64,000 bases of DNA from the NCBI GenBank assembly GCA_036918135.1, contig JBALDB010000039.1, forward strand, positions 1-64,000, written 5' to 3'. Shown here piece after piece: positions 1 to 10,772 of this stretch (the stretch's first letter is position 1; each line of letters opens with the position of its first letter). The stretch is from Nostoc sp. (GTDB taxonomy: Bacteria > Cyanobacteriota > Cyanobacteriia > Cyanobacteriales > Nostocaceae). Both the position numbers and the translations under genes were made by a program. The notes under the pieces were generated by a model that was given only the letters and a program-made list of their open reading frames with translations, searched no databases and was not told the origin of the DNA.

Positions 1-69
1 AGTCGTGTCTCTTCTTTTACTTGAAATTGAGCGATTAATTCCTCTTACACTTAGTTGTGGTTTTGACAT
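1..69 (-). CDS. possible 5' end of a gene running off the left edge (MSKPQLSVRGINRSISSKRRDT...)
   Basis: ATG at 69 on the - strand and no stop to the window edge. The same frame is also open upstream to an ATG at 342. Confidence 0.35.
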   Translation of the reverse strand, partial: MSKPQLSVRGINRSISSKRRDTT

Positions 70-96
70 CAATATTTCCAGGTGCAAGATATGAGA

Positions 97-255
97 AATG
101 TTGTCGCCGAAATAACAAATGCGCTCGCTAAAATAATAAATGTTGTCGCCGAAATAACAAATGCGCTCGCCAAAATAGCAAATGCTGTCGCCAAAATAAT
201 AAATGCTGTCGCCGAAATAACAAATGCTGCCGCCAAAATAGCAAATGCGATCGCT
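97..255. repeat. tandem array of a 21-bp unit (about 7.5 copies), each containing a degenerate or perfect HIP1 core
   Basis: Units start at 97, 118, 139, 160, 181, 202, 223 and 244 (e.g. aatgttgtcgccgaaataaca / aatgcgctcgctaaaataata). The last unit contains GCGATCGC. Confidence 0.95.
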
Positions 256-450
256 AATTATATGATTGCAATATAGGCGGGCGATCGCTTGTTGTGGAGG
301 AGTGAGTGCGATCGCAATAGTTATTGTGATAAACAAACTCATATCAAGCCTGTCTACGTTTATTTGTAAAATAAAGAAATGCAGTTTGTCTGTGTATATT
401 TGACTTAGAATCCAGAGGAATAAAAAAATTTAAACTTTAATATTACTATA

Positions 451-485
451 AAAATGCCAAAGGCGAATGCACTTTGGCAAAAAAT
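451..485 (-). terminator. hairpin downstream of hicB, likely intrinsic terminator
   Basis: tgccaaag...ctttggca stem flanked by A/T runs. Confidence 0.5.
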
Positions 486-504
486 ATATTTAGAAGGGTT
501 GACT

Positions 505-843
505 CTAGGTATTGATTACTTTATCTGCAGCAACAGTTAAGATTTCATCCATCCAAGCATTTATGCTTTTGCCAGCCTTTTTAGCAGCAATAAATATTTT
601 GCGGTGGTGTTCTGGAGTTGTGCGGAATGGAAGTTTACCAGAGAATGGTTTATCAGGCTCCTCTCCTAGTTCTTCACAGAAAGCAAGATAATCATCAACA
701 GAAATTTGAAATTCTTGACGCGCTTCGTCTACAGTTTTTGCTTTAAAGGTAATCACGTCATTAATATCTAAGACTTGACCAAAAAGTATTCCTGCTTCTA
801 CATCTACTTCTATACTAGCTGTGTATCCCTTATAATTCATCAT
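505..843 (-). CDS. hicB: type II TA antitoxin, HicB family
   Basis: MNYKGY...ITF...VDDYLAFC...PDKPFSGK pattern with an RHH-like C-terminus; overlaps the hicA stop. Confidence 0.9.
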   Translation of the reverse strand: MMNYKGYTASIEVDVEAGILFGQVLDINDVITFKAKTVDEARQEFQISVDDYLAFCEELGEEPDKPFSGKLPFRTTPEHHRKIFIAAKKAGKSINAWMDEILTVAADKVINT

Positions 844-1100
844 ATTTCAATTCCTGCCTTAATTAAAAATTCTCTAATAGATTTGACTGCTCCTTTATCT
901 GTCTCATTTTGAGGATGCGGTTCGTGAAAAACAGCTTTCACATCATTTAATTTCACACGAACCCGCGAACCTCTACCTTGAGTAATATCAGCACCGAGAG
1001 CTATGAATAAACTTTCAATATCTTTCCAAAAAATATTAGATGGTACAGGATTTGTAAAAATTAACTCTAAAATCTGACGTTGTTTGTTATTGAGATCCAT
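840..1100 (-). CDS. hicA: type II TA toxin, HicA family
   Basis: W.DIESLF.ALGA...GRGSRVRV...FHEPHP motif; lies upstream of hicB. Confidence 0.9.
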   Translation of the reverse strand: MDLNNKQRQILELIFTNPVPSNIFWKDIESLFIALGADITQGRGSRVRVKLNDVKAVFHEPHPQNETDKGAVKSIREFLIKAGIEI

Positions 1101-1194
1101 TTAATCAATACAATTACAGCCATTTTACAGTTAAGTTAAGTATAGCTATCATTTTAATGATATCATAATATGATATCGTAAAAAACATAGAAGC

Positions 1195-1426
1195 TTAGGT
1201 GTAGCCCGCACTTCTCTACAAGACCCCGCGCGAACTGTAAGCTCAGTGACCATCGTAGACATCGCACTTCCACATTTCCAAAGCGATCGCTGATTGTATG
1301 ATGGCATTGTGGGCGATCGCTTTACAGGAAACCTTAAAAACAAAGCGTAGACGCATAGTAGCTTGTCGTTACACATCGCCTGTTGTGGAAAAGTAGTGCG
1401 TTAGCGTAGCTTACCGTAAGTATCGC
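1195..1426. repeat. cluster of HIP1-bounded modular repeats and short elements inserted into HIP1 sites
   Basis: GCGATCGC at about 1283 and 1313. GCG-[ttagcgtagcttaccgtaagt]-ATCGC is a 21-nt insert in HIP1. Blocks are shared with 281-315 and 2913-3125. Confidence 0.8.
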
Positions 1427-1524
1427 TGTGTATATTTGACTTAAAGATAAAAAATTATAACAATGAGTATCAAACCCCTATTTGTTAGAATATTTTTCAT
1501 TACTAAAGAGAGAGAAGTTATCTG

Positions 1525-1788
1525 GTGGACTCTACATTTAACTGGAAATTGGAACAGACTTTACTAGAAAAAGTCATAAATCTGGCTAGTGAACGAGGTC
1601 AATCTCCTGAATCAATTATCAGCGAAGCTGTTAGGTTATATCTTGAAATCCAATTGCTAGAAACAGTTGATAATACTGTGTCTGACCCATTAATTGGCTT
1701 ATTTGCAGGAACACCTGATTTAGCTACAAAGTCAGAGGATATTCTCCAACAAGAGATTACTGAAAAATCTGGTTGGACGTGGAAATAA
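1525..1788 (+). CDS. putative antitoxin (CopG/RHH-like) of a PIN toxin
   Basis: Small protein with an RHH-like N-terminus (IISEAVRLYL) and a DPLIGLFAG motif; overlaps the PIN gene. Confidence 0.75.
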   Translation: MDSTFNWKLEQTLLEKVINLASERGQSPESIISEAVRLYLEIQLLETVDNTVSDPLIGLFAGTPDLATKSEDILQQEITEKSGWTWK

Positions 1789-2198
1789 CCTTAGCAGTAG
1801 CTGATACGGGTTTTGTTGTAGCATTGTTGAACCGTTCGGATGCAATGCACAATATTGCTGCAATAGTATATACACAACAAAAACAAATTTTGTTACCACA
1901 AACAGTATTGGCAGAATTAGCTTATTTGGTAGGACGTAATGCAGGTGTAGCTATAGTTGTAGCTTTTTTGCAAGGACTATCTGCAAGTCGATTTAGTTTA
2001 GTAGCTTTAACAGACCAAGATGTAATTCGTGTGGCGGAAATCTTGAATGAGTATGCAGATAGTCGGATTGATTTTGTAGATGCAAGCGTTATGGCTATAG
2101 CTGAACGCTATGGTATTAAAAAAATATTTACTTTAGATCGGTGAGACTTTAGATTATTTCGACCTAAGCACTGCGATAGCTTTGAAATTTTACCTTAA
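1773..2198 (+). pseudogene. vapC: PIN-domain (VapC-like) toxin with an in-frame premature TGA at 2142-2144
   Basis: ADTG...LAE...DFVDA...TLDR* followed in frame by DFRLFRPKHCDSFEILP*. Confidence 0.8.
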
Positions 2199-2278
2199 AG
2201 AAAAATAGTTAACAAAAGAGCGATCGCCTTGCAGAAAACCTCAAAAATAAATGTCATGACTCTTGTTTTGTTATTCAG

Positions 2279-2854
2279 TTACCAAATCGCTTCAATATTT
2301 AAAATAAACCCCTGTAAAACATCTTCTCCTGACAAAGTAACAGGCGATTCCAACACCTCAACTTCTTGTCCTTGCCGATAAATCTCCACTTGCTGGGATT
2401 TACGATTAATTAACCAACCCAAACGCACACCATTATCTATGTATTCTCTCATCTTTTCCTGAGCAACTTTCAAACTATCACTTGGCGAAAGTAACTCAAC
2501 GACAAAATCAGGACAAAGCGGTATAAATTTTGTTTGTTGTTCACCAGTCAGTGCATTCCAGCGTTCCAGTCTCAGCCAAGAAGCATCAGGTGAACGGTCT
2601 GCACCATTGGGAAGTTTAAAACCTGTGGAGGAATCAAAGGCAATACCAGTGCCATCTTGATCTGACCAATTAAATAACTGTTGATTTAATCTACCATTGC
2701 GATTTCCGGTTTCTCCCCCAGTGGGTGGCATGATAATTAATTCTCCCGTTGCAGTGCGTTCAAATCTCAAGTCACGGTTTGCCTGACATAGATTAAAAAA
2801 TTGTTCATCTGTCAGTTCCAATACTGGTTTGAGATTGATTGTTAAGGCGTTCAT
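2279..2854 (-). CDS. Uma2 family PD-(D/E)xK endonuclease-like protein
   Basis: FERTATGELIIMPP, SPDASW and CPDFVVELLSPSD motifs. Confidence 0.93.
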   Translation of the reverse strand: MNALTINLKPVLELTDEQFFNLCQANRDLRFERTATGELIIMPPTGGETGNRNGRLNQQLFNWSDQDGTGIAFDSSTGFKLPNGADRSPDASWLRLERWNALTGEQQTKFIPLCPDFVVELLSPSDSLKVAQEKMREYIDNGVRLGWLINRKSQQVEIYRQGQEVEVLESPVTLSGEDVLQGFILNIEAIW

Positions 2855-2912
2855 AAGCAGAATTAGAGCATAAAGCCAAAAAGCTACTTATTTTATGATG
2901 GCATGATACAAG

Positions 2913-3125
2913 GCGATCGCCTGTTGTGGAAGAGTGAGTGCGTTAGCGTAGCTTACCGTAAGTATCGCTTTGGAGAAACCCTCAAAAACAATGCGATCGC
3001 CTGTTGTGGAAGAGTGAGTGCGATCGCCTTACAAAAAACCTTAAAAACAAAGCATAGACGGGTAGCAGCTTGTCGTTAGACATCGCTTGTTGTGGAACTG
3101 CGATCACTTTTCAAAAAACCTCAAA
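2913..3125. repeat. array of HIP1-bounded modules
   Basis: Repeated gcgatcgcctgttgtggaagagtgagt and ...aaacc(c/t)t(c/a)aaaaacaa blocks joined at intact or interrupted HIP1 sites. Confidence 0.85.
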
Positions 3126-3186
3126 TATAACGGACAGGATTAAGGACTTACCATTAAAAGCCAGGTGCAAAATTTATTGAATATCT

Positions 3187-3954
3187 TTGTTAATCAAAGT
3201 AATCTTTTGGGAAACATATATGAAAGTTAAAATACTTTCATTAATTGATTCAAAAATAATGGATAACTTAGATCGTCTTCTATACAATCTAGAAACTGAA
3301 ATTAACAAAATATCTGCTGATATTAAAGTTGATTTTGGTAATGAGCAGCTTATGAGAAAACAATTAAAGTCAATTAATAGCTATCAATCCCAACTGGAAG
3401 AAGTAAAAATAAAAATCAATGAAATAATTAGAGCTACTGAACTAGAAAAAAATCATTTTTCCATAATTGCTGGCATTGCTGGAGGTTTATTAGCCATATT
3501 CGGAGGATCTGTCTCTGGATTGGGACTAGATTTAGCTGGAGAAGCCGCAAATAATTATAATCATAATAAAGAGAAAATAAAAAGCATACGCCAAAAATGT
3601 GTTTCTTTACACAAAAAAGTTGAGCCTATTATATTCTATATTGAGAATATCAAATATGTAGCTCATCAATCATTTATAGATCCTAGGCTGATGAAGTTTT
3701 TATCTAGAAAAAGACTTGCTAAACATCTGATAATAGCATTGTTAACTGGTATAAACTACTTGTTATTAATAGTTACTTTACTATTAGTAATTGTTTCTTT
3801 ATTATTATTTTTTAGAGCAGAGTTTGTGAGTTTTTTTATGGTATTATTATGTGGATTTTTCATATTTTTAATAACAGGTTTATTCTATAATTTTGTGGAA
3901 AATACGAATAAAAAATGGCAGTCACTAATCAAAAAAATAGCTGACAATATTTAG
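3187..3954 (+). CDS. AT-rich hypothetical membrane protein (coiled coil, Gly-rich hydrophobic segment, two C-terminal TM helices)
   Basis: 255-codon ORF with hydrophobic stretches; start uncertain (ATG at 3220 or 3259 possible). Confidence 0.7.
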   Translation: MLIKVIFWETYMKVKILSLIDSKIMDNLDRLLYNLETEINKISADIKVDFGNEQLMRKQLKSINSYQSQLEEVKIKINEIIRATELEKNHFSIIAGIAGGLLAIFGGSVSGLGLDLAGEAANNYNHNKEKIKSIRQKCVSLHKKVEPIIFYIENIKYVAHQSFIDPRLMKFLSRKRLAKHLIIALLTGINYLLLIVTLLLVIVSLLLFFRAEFVSFFMVLLCGFFIFLITGLFYNFVENTNKKWQSLIKKIADNI

Positions 3955-3991
3955 TTAATTTAACTTTGAAGATATTAAATAACTGTAAATC

Positions 3992-4567
3992 TTACCAAAT
4001 CATGCCCAAATTTAAAACAAAACCCTTTAAAATATCTTCTCCTGATAACGTAGCAGGAGAATCCAACACATCAACTTTTTGCCCTTGTCTATAAATCTCA
4101 ACTTGTCGAGATTTACGATTAATTAACCAACCTAAACGCACACCATTATCTATATATTCCCTCATCTTTTCCTGAGCAACTTTCAAACTATCACTTGGCG
4201 AAAGTAACTCAACAACAAAATCAGGACAAAGTGGTATAAATTTTGTTTGTTGTTCTTGAGTCAGTGCGTTCCAGCTTTCCAGTCTCAGCCAAGAAGCATC
4301 AGGTGAACGGTCTGCACCGTTGGGAAGTTTAAAACCTGTAGAAGAATCAAAAGCAATGCCGAGTTTATATTGCTCATTCCAAATCCAAAGTTGAGCAGTT
4401 AACCCAGCGTTACGATTTCCGGTTTCTCCCCCGGTTGGTGGCATGATAATTAGCTCTCCGGTTGCAGTACGTTCAAATCTCAAATCGCGGTTTGCTTGAC
4501 AAAGCTGGAAAAACTGCTCATCTGTCAATTCCAGTACAGGTTTAAGGTTAACGGTTAAAGCATCCAT
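3992..4567 (-). CDS. Uma2 family PD-(D/E)xK endonuclease-like protein (close paralogue of 2279-2854)
   Basis: Same motifs and same 191-aa length. Confidence 0.93.
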   Translation of the reverse strand: MDALTVNLKPVLELTDEQFFQLCQANRDLRFERTATGELIIMPPTGGETGNRNAGLTAQLWIWNEQYKLGIAFDSSTGFKLPNGADRSPDASWLRLESWNALTQEQQTKFIPLCPDFVVELLSPSDSLKVAQEKMREYIDNGVRLGWLINRKSRQVEIYRQGQKVDVLDSPATLSGEDILKGFVLNLGMIW

Positions 4568-4591
4568 TGAGGCATTTTAGATTGAAGATTA

Positions 4592-4612
4592 AGGCAGGCA
4601 TCTCGCCTGCCT
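4592..4612 (-). terminator. hairpin after chlH
   Basis: aggcaggc-atctc-gcctgcct. Confidence 0.55.
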
Positions 4613-4619
4613 ATAAAAA

Positions 4620-7600
4620 CTATTCTATTCCTTCAATCCGGTCTTCAACTTCTTGGTACAACTCGCGTAGGCGATCTAAATTCTCCTCGCTAGTCTCCCA
4701 ATAACCGCGTCCATTCACTTCCAATAAAGTTGATACAACCTTGCGGAAAGAATGGGGATTGAGGTTCATTAAGCGTTTTTGCATTTCTTCATCTTTGATG
4801 AAAGTTTCGTTAGTATCCTCGTAAATCCAATTATCCACTGCGCCAGCTGTCGCACTCCAACCCATCGTATTTACTAATCGCTTGGAGAGTTCGCGCACAC
4901 CTTCGTAACCGTGAGATAACATCCCCTCATACCATTTGGGATTTAACAATTTGGTACGCGCATCCAAGCGCACGGTTTCTGATAATGTCCGCACCTGTGC
5001 GTTGGCTGTAGTCGTGTCTGCAATGTAAGATGCTGGTGTCTTACCATCACCGCGCAGACTTGCCACAAGCTTTGTAGGATCTGAATCAAAGTAGTGGGAA
5101 ACATCCGTTAAGCTAATCTCAGAAGAATCGAGATTTTGGAAAGTTGCATCAGCAGTTTTCAATGTACTTTCAAAAATCTTCCGGGATTCATCCATGATTC
5201 CGGGGTTATCGGAATTGAAGGCGAAGGATTTGCGGTTGAGATACATTTCCTGTAACTCGGCTTCGCTATCCCAAGTGCTGTTTTCTACTGCCAAGTTAAT
5301 ATTTGACGAGTAGGAACCAGAAGCATTGGAGAAAACGCGAGTCGCTGCTTGACGCAGATTAATTCCCATGTTTTCAGCTTGTTGCAAAGCATGTTTGCGA
5401 ACAAAGTTCATTTCTAAGGGTTCATTTGCCTCAGCCGCCATCTTCACGCCTTGGTCTAGGAGGTTCATTTGGTTGATGAACAAGTCGCGGAATACGCCAG
5501 AACAGTTGATTACCACATCAATCCTGGGTCTTCCTAACTCTTCTAAAGGTATCAATTCCAACTTGTTCACCCGTCCCAAGGCATCGGGAACCGGACGCAC
5601 CCCCACCATCCACATAATTTGCGCCAGGGATTCACCGTAAGTTTTGATGTTATCGGTTCCCCAAAGGACACAGGCGATGGTTTCTGGCCATTTTCCTTCG
5701 TTTTCCGCCTTATTACGTGCCAAAAGCCTGTCTACGACAATTTTGGCTGATTGGACTGCTGCTGTTGTGGGGATGGATTGCGGATCTAATGCATGAATAT
5801 TTTTACCCGTAGGTAATACATCCGGGTTGCGGATGGGATCGCCACCGGGGCCGGGTAGGACGTACTCGCCTTCTAAGCCTTTGAGTAATCCTCCAAGTTC
5901 GTTGTCAGCACAAACTTGCTGGAGACAGAATTCTAAATACTCGAATAGGGGTTTGAGTGTGGCTGTGTCAACCTTGGCATAACCTGCTTTATGTAACGCT
6001 TCTACCCAAGGTTCTTTTTTGCCCATGTTGAAAAAATTCAACCGGGAAACCAGAGAAACTCGTCCTTCGGCGTCGGTTTGCTCTTGTACAAGGGCGCTAA
6101 CTGCTGCACGGGTGGCTAAGGTGATATCTTGCAATAACTGGACATCTTCTAAAATGCCTTTGTCGTTATTTTGGTAAATATCGTCAATGTTACGCCCAAT
6201 GCTGTTGGCGATAATTCGGGGTAAGCCAACAAGTTCTTCTTCTTGACGATCTAAGCTAGCAATATTGACGAGAGTTGCCATCGCTTCTTCTGCACTTGGC
6301 GGTTTACCAATGATGTGCAACCCACAAGGCAGCAACCGAGACTCAATTTCCATCAATTTGCGGTAGACGTTGCCAACAATATTGTCGCGATCCTCGGCAC
6401 TCATTTCTCTGGCATCGGTTTCTGGCAGATTAATATCTTTATCCAGATTCACAATTCGGCATTTATCCATGATGGAGTTGACAATGGGAATGCCGCGTCC
6501 AGTATCTTTCAAGGTTTGGTAAGAAGCAATTAATTCGCTGAGTTCCTTCAAACCTTTATACAAACCAGCATTTTCCGCCGGAGGTGTCAAGTAGGAAATT
6601 GTTTCGGCATAACTCCGCCGCTTGGCAATTGTCGCCTCACTCGGATTATTGGCTGCGTAATAATATAGATTGGGAATTGAACCAATCAAATTATCTGGAT
6701 AACATTCCCCGGACATCCCCATCTGTTTACCTGGCATGAATTCCAAGGAACCATGAGTACCGAAGTGCAGCACTGCGTCGGCTTTCCAAATTTGCTCTAG
6801 GTAAGTGTAATAGGCAGCAAAACCGTGGTGGGGACTAGCGGAACGAGAGAACAACAGCCGCATCGGGTCGCCTTCGTAACCAAAGGTGGGTTGCACGCCG
6901 ATAAAGACGTTACCGAATTGCTTACCATAAATCAGCAGATTTTGCCCATCGCTGTTGAGATGCCCAGGAGGCGGGCCCCAGTTTTCTTCTAAGCGTTGAG
7001 AATAAGGGGTGAGTGCTTCATACTCAGGAACCGACATTTTATAGGCAATGTTGAGTTCCGGGCTGGCGTACTGCGCTTGGGCATCATGGATGACTTCTTG
7101 CATCAGCGCTTCGGCTGATTCTGGTAATTCTGTAAGGTCGTAGCCGTTATTTTTTAAGGCTTTCATTACCTCGTAGATAGAACCGAATACATCCAAGTAA
7201 GCGGCAGTTCCGACATTGCCTTTATCTGGTGGGAAGCTAAAAACGGTGATCGCAACTTTTTTATTCAGCTTCGGCTTGCGGCGCAAGTTAGCCCATTTTA
7301 AGGCACGTTGGGCTACAGCTTCCATCCGGTCTTGGAGAGCGATCGCCTTTCCAGTTGCCCCATCCCTACCTGATAAAATTATCGGTTCGATTGCCCCATC
7401 TAATTCCGGGATCGCAATTTGCAAAGCTACTTGAATTGGATGTAATCCTAAATCACTATCCATCCACTCTTCTGTGGTTTGGAAAACTAAGGGTAACGCC
7501 ACCATATAAGGACGGTTTAAGCGTTTGAGTGACTCAATTGCTTTAGGATGGTCTTGTCTGGCTGGCCCTCCCACTAAAGCAAAACCAGTCAGCGATATGA

Positions 7601-8603
7601 CTGCATCTACTAACTGTATGTTGGTAGTTGGTTCGTAGAAGTAGGCATCCACAGGCTTGGAGAAATCCAAACCACCAGCAAACACAGGTAACACCCGTGC
7701 ACCTAGTGCTTCCAACTCCTGCACCATCGCTACATAATGAGCATCATCCCCGGTAACTAGGTGAGTGCGTTGCAATACTAACCCAACACAAGGAGCTAAA
7801 GGATCTTTGAGATCGTTAGAAATATCCTTACGAGCTGTATACCAATTGAGGTACTCTCTGACATCCTCAAACATACTCGGAGCCAAAGGATGCCAAATCC
7901 CTAAATCGGGATAAACCACTGGCTGTTGATATGTAGAAGATGCAAAATTTTTCTCTAAACCTTTAAATACATATTTATCAGCTAGCATTAACAAGAAGTT
8001 TTCCAGATTTTCAGGAGAACCACCTAGCCAATACTGAAAACTGAGCATGAAATTTCGCGCATCCTGTGCTTTATCCATTGGTAGGAACTTCAGCACTTGC
8101 GGCAGCGTTCGCAACAGCTTCAGCATCCCATCTTGGAATCCCGCACCTGATTTTTCTTTGCGTTTCCGCATGAATTGGGCGATCGCACTTTTTGACTGAC
8201 CCAACTGTGCCAAAGAAAAGCTGCCCATTTTACTCAGGCGCATGACTTCTGGCATCGAGGGAAAGACAACCGAAACGTCCAAGCGATCGCGGTGTGGTTC
8301 TACTGCTGCTACTACTTTCTGCGCTAAATCTTCAATAAAAATCAGAGAAGCGATGAAGATATTTGCATTCTCAATTTCTCGTTTGAACTCTTCGTAGTTC
8401 TCTGGGTCGCGGAGTTCCTCAATCAAGTACCCGCTGATTTCAATCGCTAAGTTAGGATTGTTCGCGTTAATCGTGCGAACCGCTTGCGACAATGCACTCT
8501 GGTACTGGGACTCAAGCACGACATAGACCACCTTGATTAAATTACGTCCGCGTAAATTATCTGGCGCAATGTGTCGAATGGTGGACTTGACGTGGGTGAA
8601 CAT
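4620..8603 (-). CDS. chlH: magnesium chelatase subunit H
   Basis: MFTHVK start, [16 protein letters not shown] and [10 protein letters not shown] motifs; ATG at 8603 preferred over 8720. Confidence 0.98.
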   Translation of the reverse strand: MFTHVKSTIRHIAPDNLRGRNLIKVVYVVLESQYQSALSQAVRTINANNPNLAIEISGYLIEELRDPENYEEFKREIENANIFIASLIFIEDLAQKVVAAVEPHRDRLDVSVVFPSMPEVMRLSKMGSFSLAQLGQSKSAIAQFMRKRKEKSGAGFQDGMLKLLRTLPQVLKFLPMDKAQDARNFMLSFQYWLGGSPENLENFLLMLADKYVFKGLEKNFASSTYQQPVVYPDLGIWHPLAPSMFEDVREYLNWYTARKDISNDLKDPLAPCVGLVLQRTHLVTGDDAHYVAMVQELEALGARVLPVFAGGLDFSKPVDAYFYEPTTNIQLVDAVISLTGFALVGGPARQDHPKAIESLKRLNRPYMVALPLVFQTTEEWMDSDLGLHPIQVALQIAIPELDGAIEPIILSGRDGATGKAIALQDRMEAVAQRALKWANLRRKPKLNKKVAITVFSFPPDKGNVGTAAYLDVFGSIYEVMKALKNNGYDLTELPESAEALMQEVIHDAQAQYASPELNIAYKMSVPEYEALTPYSQRLEENWGPPPGHLNSDGQNLLIYGKQFGNVFIGVQPTFGYEGDPMRLLFSRSASPHHGFAAYYTYLEQIWKADAVLHFGTHGSLEFMPGKQMGMSGECYPDNLIGSIPNLYYYAANNPSEATIAKRRSYAETISYLTPPAENAGLYKGLKELSELIASYQTLKDTGRGIPIVNSIMDKCRIVNLDKDINLPETDAREMSAEDRDNIVGNVYRKLMEIESRLLPCGLHIIGKPPSAEEAMATLVNIASLDRQEEELVGLPRIIANSIGRNIDDIYQNNDKGILEDVQLLQDITLATRAAVSALVQEQTDAEGRVSLVSRLNFFNMGKKEPWVEALHKAGYAKVDTATLKPLFEYLEFCLQQVCADNELGGLLKGLEGEYVLPGPGGDPIRNPDVLPTGKNIHALDPQSIPTTAAVQSAKIVVDRLLARNKAENEGKWPETIACVLWGTDNIKTYGESLAQIMWMVGVRPVPDALGRVNKLELIPLEELGRPRIDVVINCSGVFRDLFINQMNLLDQGVKMAAEANEPLEMNFVRKHALQQAENMGINLRQAATRVFSNASGSYSSNINLAVENSTWDSEAELQEMYLNRKSFAFNSDNPGIMDESRKIFESTLKTADATFQNLDSSEISLTDVSHYFDSDPTKLVASLRGDGKTPASYIADTTTANAQVRTLSETVRLDARTKLLNPKWYEGMLSHGYEGVRELSKRLVNTMGWSATAGAVDNWIYEDTNETFIKDEEMQKRLMNLNPHSFRKVVSTLLEVNGRGYWETSEENLDRLRELYQEVEDRIEGIE

Positions 8604-8958
8604 GCTTCTTCGGCTCCTTTGATGCGTGTTCTCTACTGGAAGTTCATAGCGGCTGATGCCACTAAAATTGACTTGTTTTATTCGGCAATATGAGTTTTTT
8701 ATCAGAAAATGCTTACCCACTGAGGATTTTATTCCTCATCTGACACAAATCGATATAAAAAATGCAATATTTATTAATGTATGTTGACAACTTATTTAAG
8801 TAATTACTTCTATTTATGTAATACTTCTTTACATTGTTATTTAACTATTCAGTTATAAAGGTTAACATAGCTTCTAATAAAATCATTGATTAATACTACC
8901 AGCACAGGGATTGGATATATATCTGGGGTTATTTATCGGCACAAGATAATAACTGCTC

Positions 8959-9109
8959 ATATCAAGTTCGGCTAATTACTTACAATTATTGTTGGTCTAT
9001 TTGGTAATTGGGAAAAAGCGAATTGGTAATTGGAATAAATAACTGACGATTACCCATTACCTATTACCGACCCTCACAGATATCATAAGTATTCAACCGG
9101 ATTTCATAT
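8959..9109. repeat. MITE-like element with imperfect ~24-bp terminal inverted repeats and internal heptamer repeats
   Basis: atatcaagttcggctaattactta ... taagtattcaaccggatttcatat; a related copy lies at 17759-17829. Confidence 0.65.
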
Positions 9110-9184
9110 TAGTGGCAGCAGTAGAGAGAAAGAAGATTGGCACGAGAATCGTCAATAATTAGCAGCCAAAAATATAAAATTATA

Positions 9185-9228
9185 AAAATAGGGAGTCAAG
9201 ATTATTCTTATACTCCCCATAATTTTTT
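9185..9228 (-). terminator. hairpin after chlB
   Basis: gggagt.aag...ctt.tactccc stem with A/T flanks. Confidence 0.4.
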
Positions 9229-9245
9229 AGTTACTAGGTGAAAAA

Positions 9246-10772
9246 CTATGCTCCGACAGCTTCTTTGGCGGCGTATAATACCTCAGTTGATATTTCTTTG
9301 ATGCCGCGATCGCGGGCAAATTTCTCAGTATTACGTTTCACTTTTCCGCGCACAAATCCCGGAATTTTATTCAATTCTGCTTGACCATCTTTTGTCCAGG
9401 TGAGGTCAGAATCAGCGGAAATTCCTTTAGTAATTACTTCTTTGGTATCGTGACCTCCGAAGATTTCTAATAGATGATCTTCCATTCCCAAAGTGAAGGA
9501 ATTGTAGATTAAATCTGTAATCTGATTTGTACCTTCGTAACCCATAAATGGTTTGTAACCAATGGGGAAATTCTGGATATGGATGGGTGCAGCAATGACG
9601 CCACAAGGAATATCCAAGCGCTTACCAACATGGCGTTCCATTTGCGTGCCGAAAATAGCAGAGGGTTCGACGCGGGCGATCGCATCTCCAATTGCGCCAT
9701 GATCGTCTGTAATCAGCACTTCATCGCAATATTCGCTTACCTGTTCCCGGAACCAGTCTGCATCATATTTGCAGTAGGTTCCAGCCCAAACTACATGAAT
9801 GCCCATTTCCCGTGACAAAATTTTGGTGATGGCGGCGGCGTGGGTGTTGTCCCCAAATACCACTGCTTTTTTACCAGTCAAGTTTTGACAGTCAATAGAA
9901 CGGGAGAACCAAGCAGCCTGGGATACATGCAGCGTTTGCTCGTTGATGAAGTCTTCGTAGTTTACATCAGCACCTTGGGCGTTAATTACCTGCTGAATTT
10001 TCCGGATACAACGAGCAGTTTCCACTACACCCATTGGAGTAATGTCTATGTATGGCGTTCCGAATTCTGCTTCTAAATAACGAGCCGCCGCTAAGCCGAG
10101 TTCGCGGTAAGGTACTAAGTTAAACCAGGCTTTCGGCATTTTCTTCAATTCATTAACTGAAGCACCTTCCGGAATTACAGTATTCACTTCAATTCCCAAG
10201 TCAGCCATTAACCGCTTGAGTTCGGTGGAGTCGTGCTGGTTGTGGAAGCCAAGGGTGGAAATACCGATGATGTTAACAGATGGCTTTTCAGTTTTGCCTG
10301 CTGGCAATTCGCCTTTTTTGCGGGCTTTTTCAATGTAGAATTGCACAATTTGATGCAGAGTGCGATCGGCTGCTTGTAGTTCGTTGTAGCGGTAATGGTT
10401 CACGTCCGCCAGCATTACATCGCCTTTGGCTTCTAGCTGCGCTCGTTCCACAAAGTTGTGCAAGTCTTCTTGCAAAATGCTAGAAGTGCAGGTGGGAGTT
10501 AAGACAATTAAATCTGGGCGTTCCTCGGCGTCTTTGCGGGTGATATTATCTACCACTTTTTCTTGAGAACCGCGTGCCAAAACGTTGCGATCGACGACGC
10601 TGGTTGTGACTGGGGTGAAGTTCCTCTCGCGTTCTAGCATCGAGCGCATGACGTTGAAGTAGTCATCGCCTAATGGAGCGTGCATGATTGCATGAACGTT
10701 TTTGAAAGAACTAGCAATCCGGAGAGTGCCGATATGCGCTGGGCCTGCATACATCCAGTAAGCCAATTTCAT
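9246..10772 (-). CDS. chlB: dark-operative protochlorophyllide reductase subunit B
   Basis: [15 protein letters not shown]...HAPLGDDY, plus a C-terminal PCP_red domain. Confidence 0.98.
   Translation of the reverse strand: MKLAYWMYAGPAHIGTLRIASSFKNVHAIMHAPLGDDYFNVMRSMLERERNFTPVTTSVVDRNVLARGSQEKVVDNITRKDAEERPDLIVLTPTCTSSILQEDLHNFVERAQLEAKGDVMLADVNHYRYNELQAADRTLHQIVQFYIEKARKKGELPAGKTEKPSVNIIGISTLGFHNQHDSTELKRLMADLGIEVNTVIPEGASVNELKKMPKAWFNLVPYRELGLAAARYLEAEFGTPYIDITPMGVVETARCIRKIQQVINAQGADVNYEDFINEQTLHVSQAAWFSRSIDCQNLTGKKAVVFGDNTHAAAITKILSREMGIHVVWAGTYCKYDADWFREQVSEYCDEVLITDDHGAIGDAIARVEPSAIFGTQMERHVGKRLDIPCGVIAAPIHIQNFPIGYKPFMGYEGTNQITDLIYNSFTLGMEDHLLEIFGGHDTKEVITKGISADSDLTWTKDGQAELNKIPGFVRGKVKRNTEKFARDRGIKEISTEVLYAAKEAVGA

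Noticed and set aside
1149..1376. 75-aa ORF upstream of hicA
   Set aside because: It is composed almost entirely of dispersed-repeat sequence.
2913..3125. CRISPR or integron attC array
   Set aside because: Spacing is irregular, the intervening sequences are themselves repeated, and no cas or integrase gene is present in the window.
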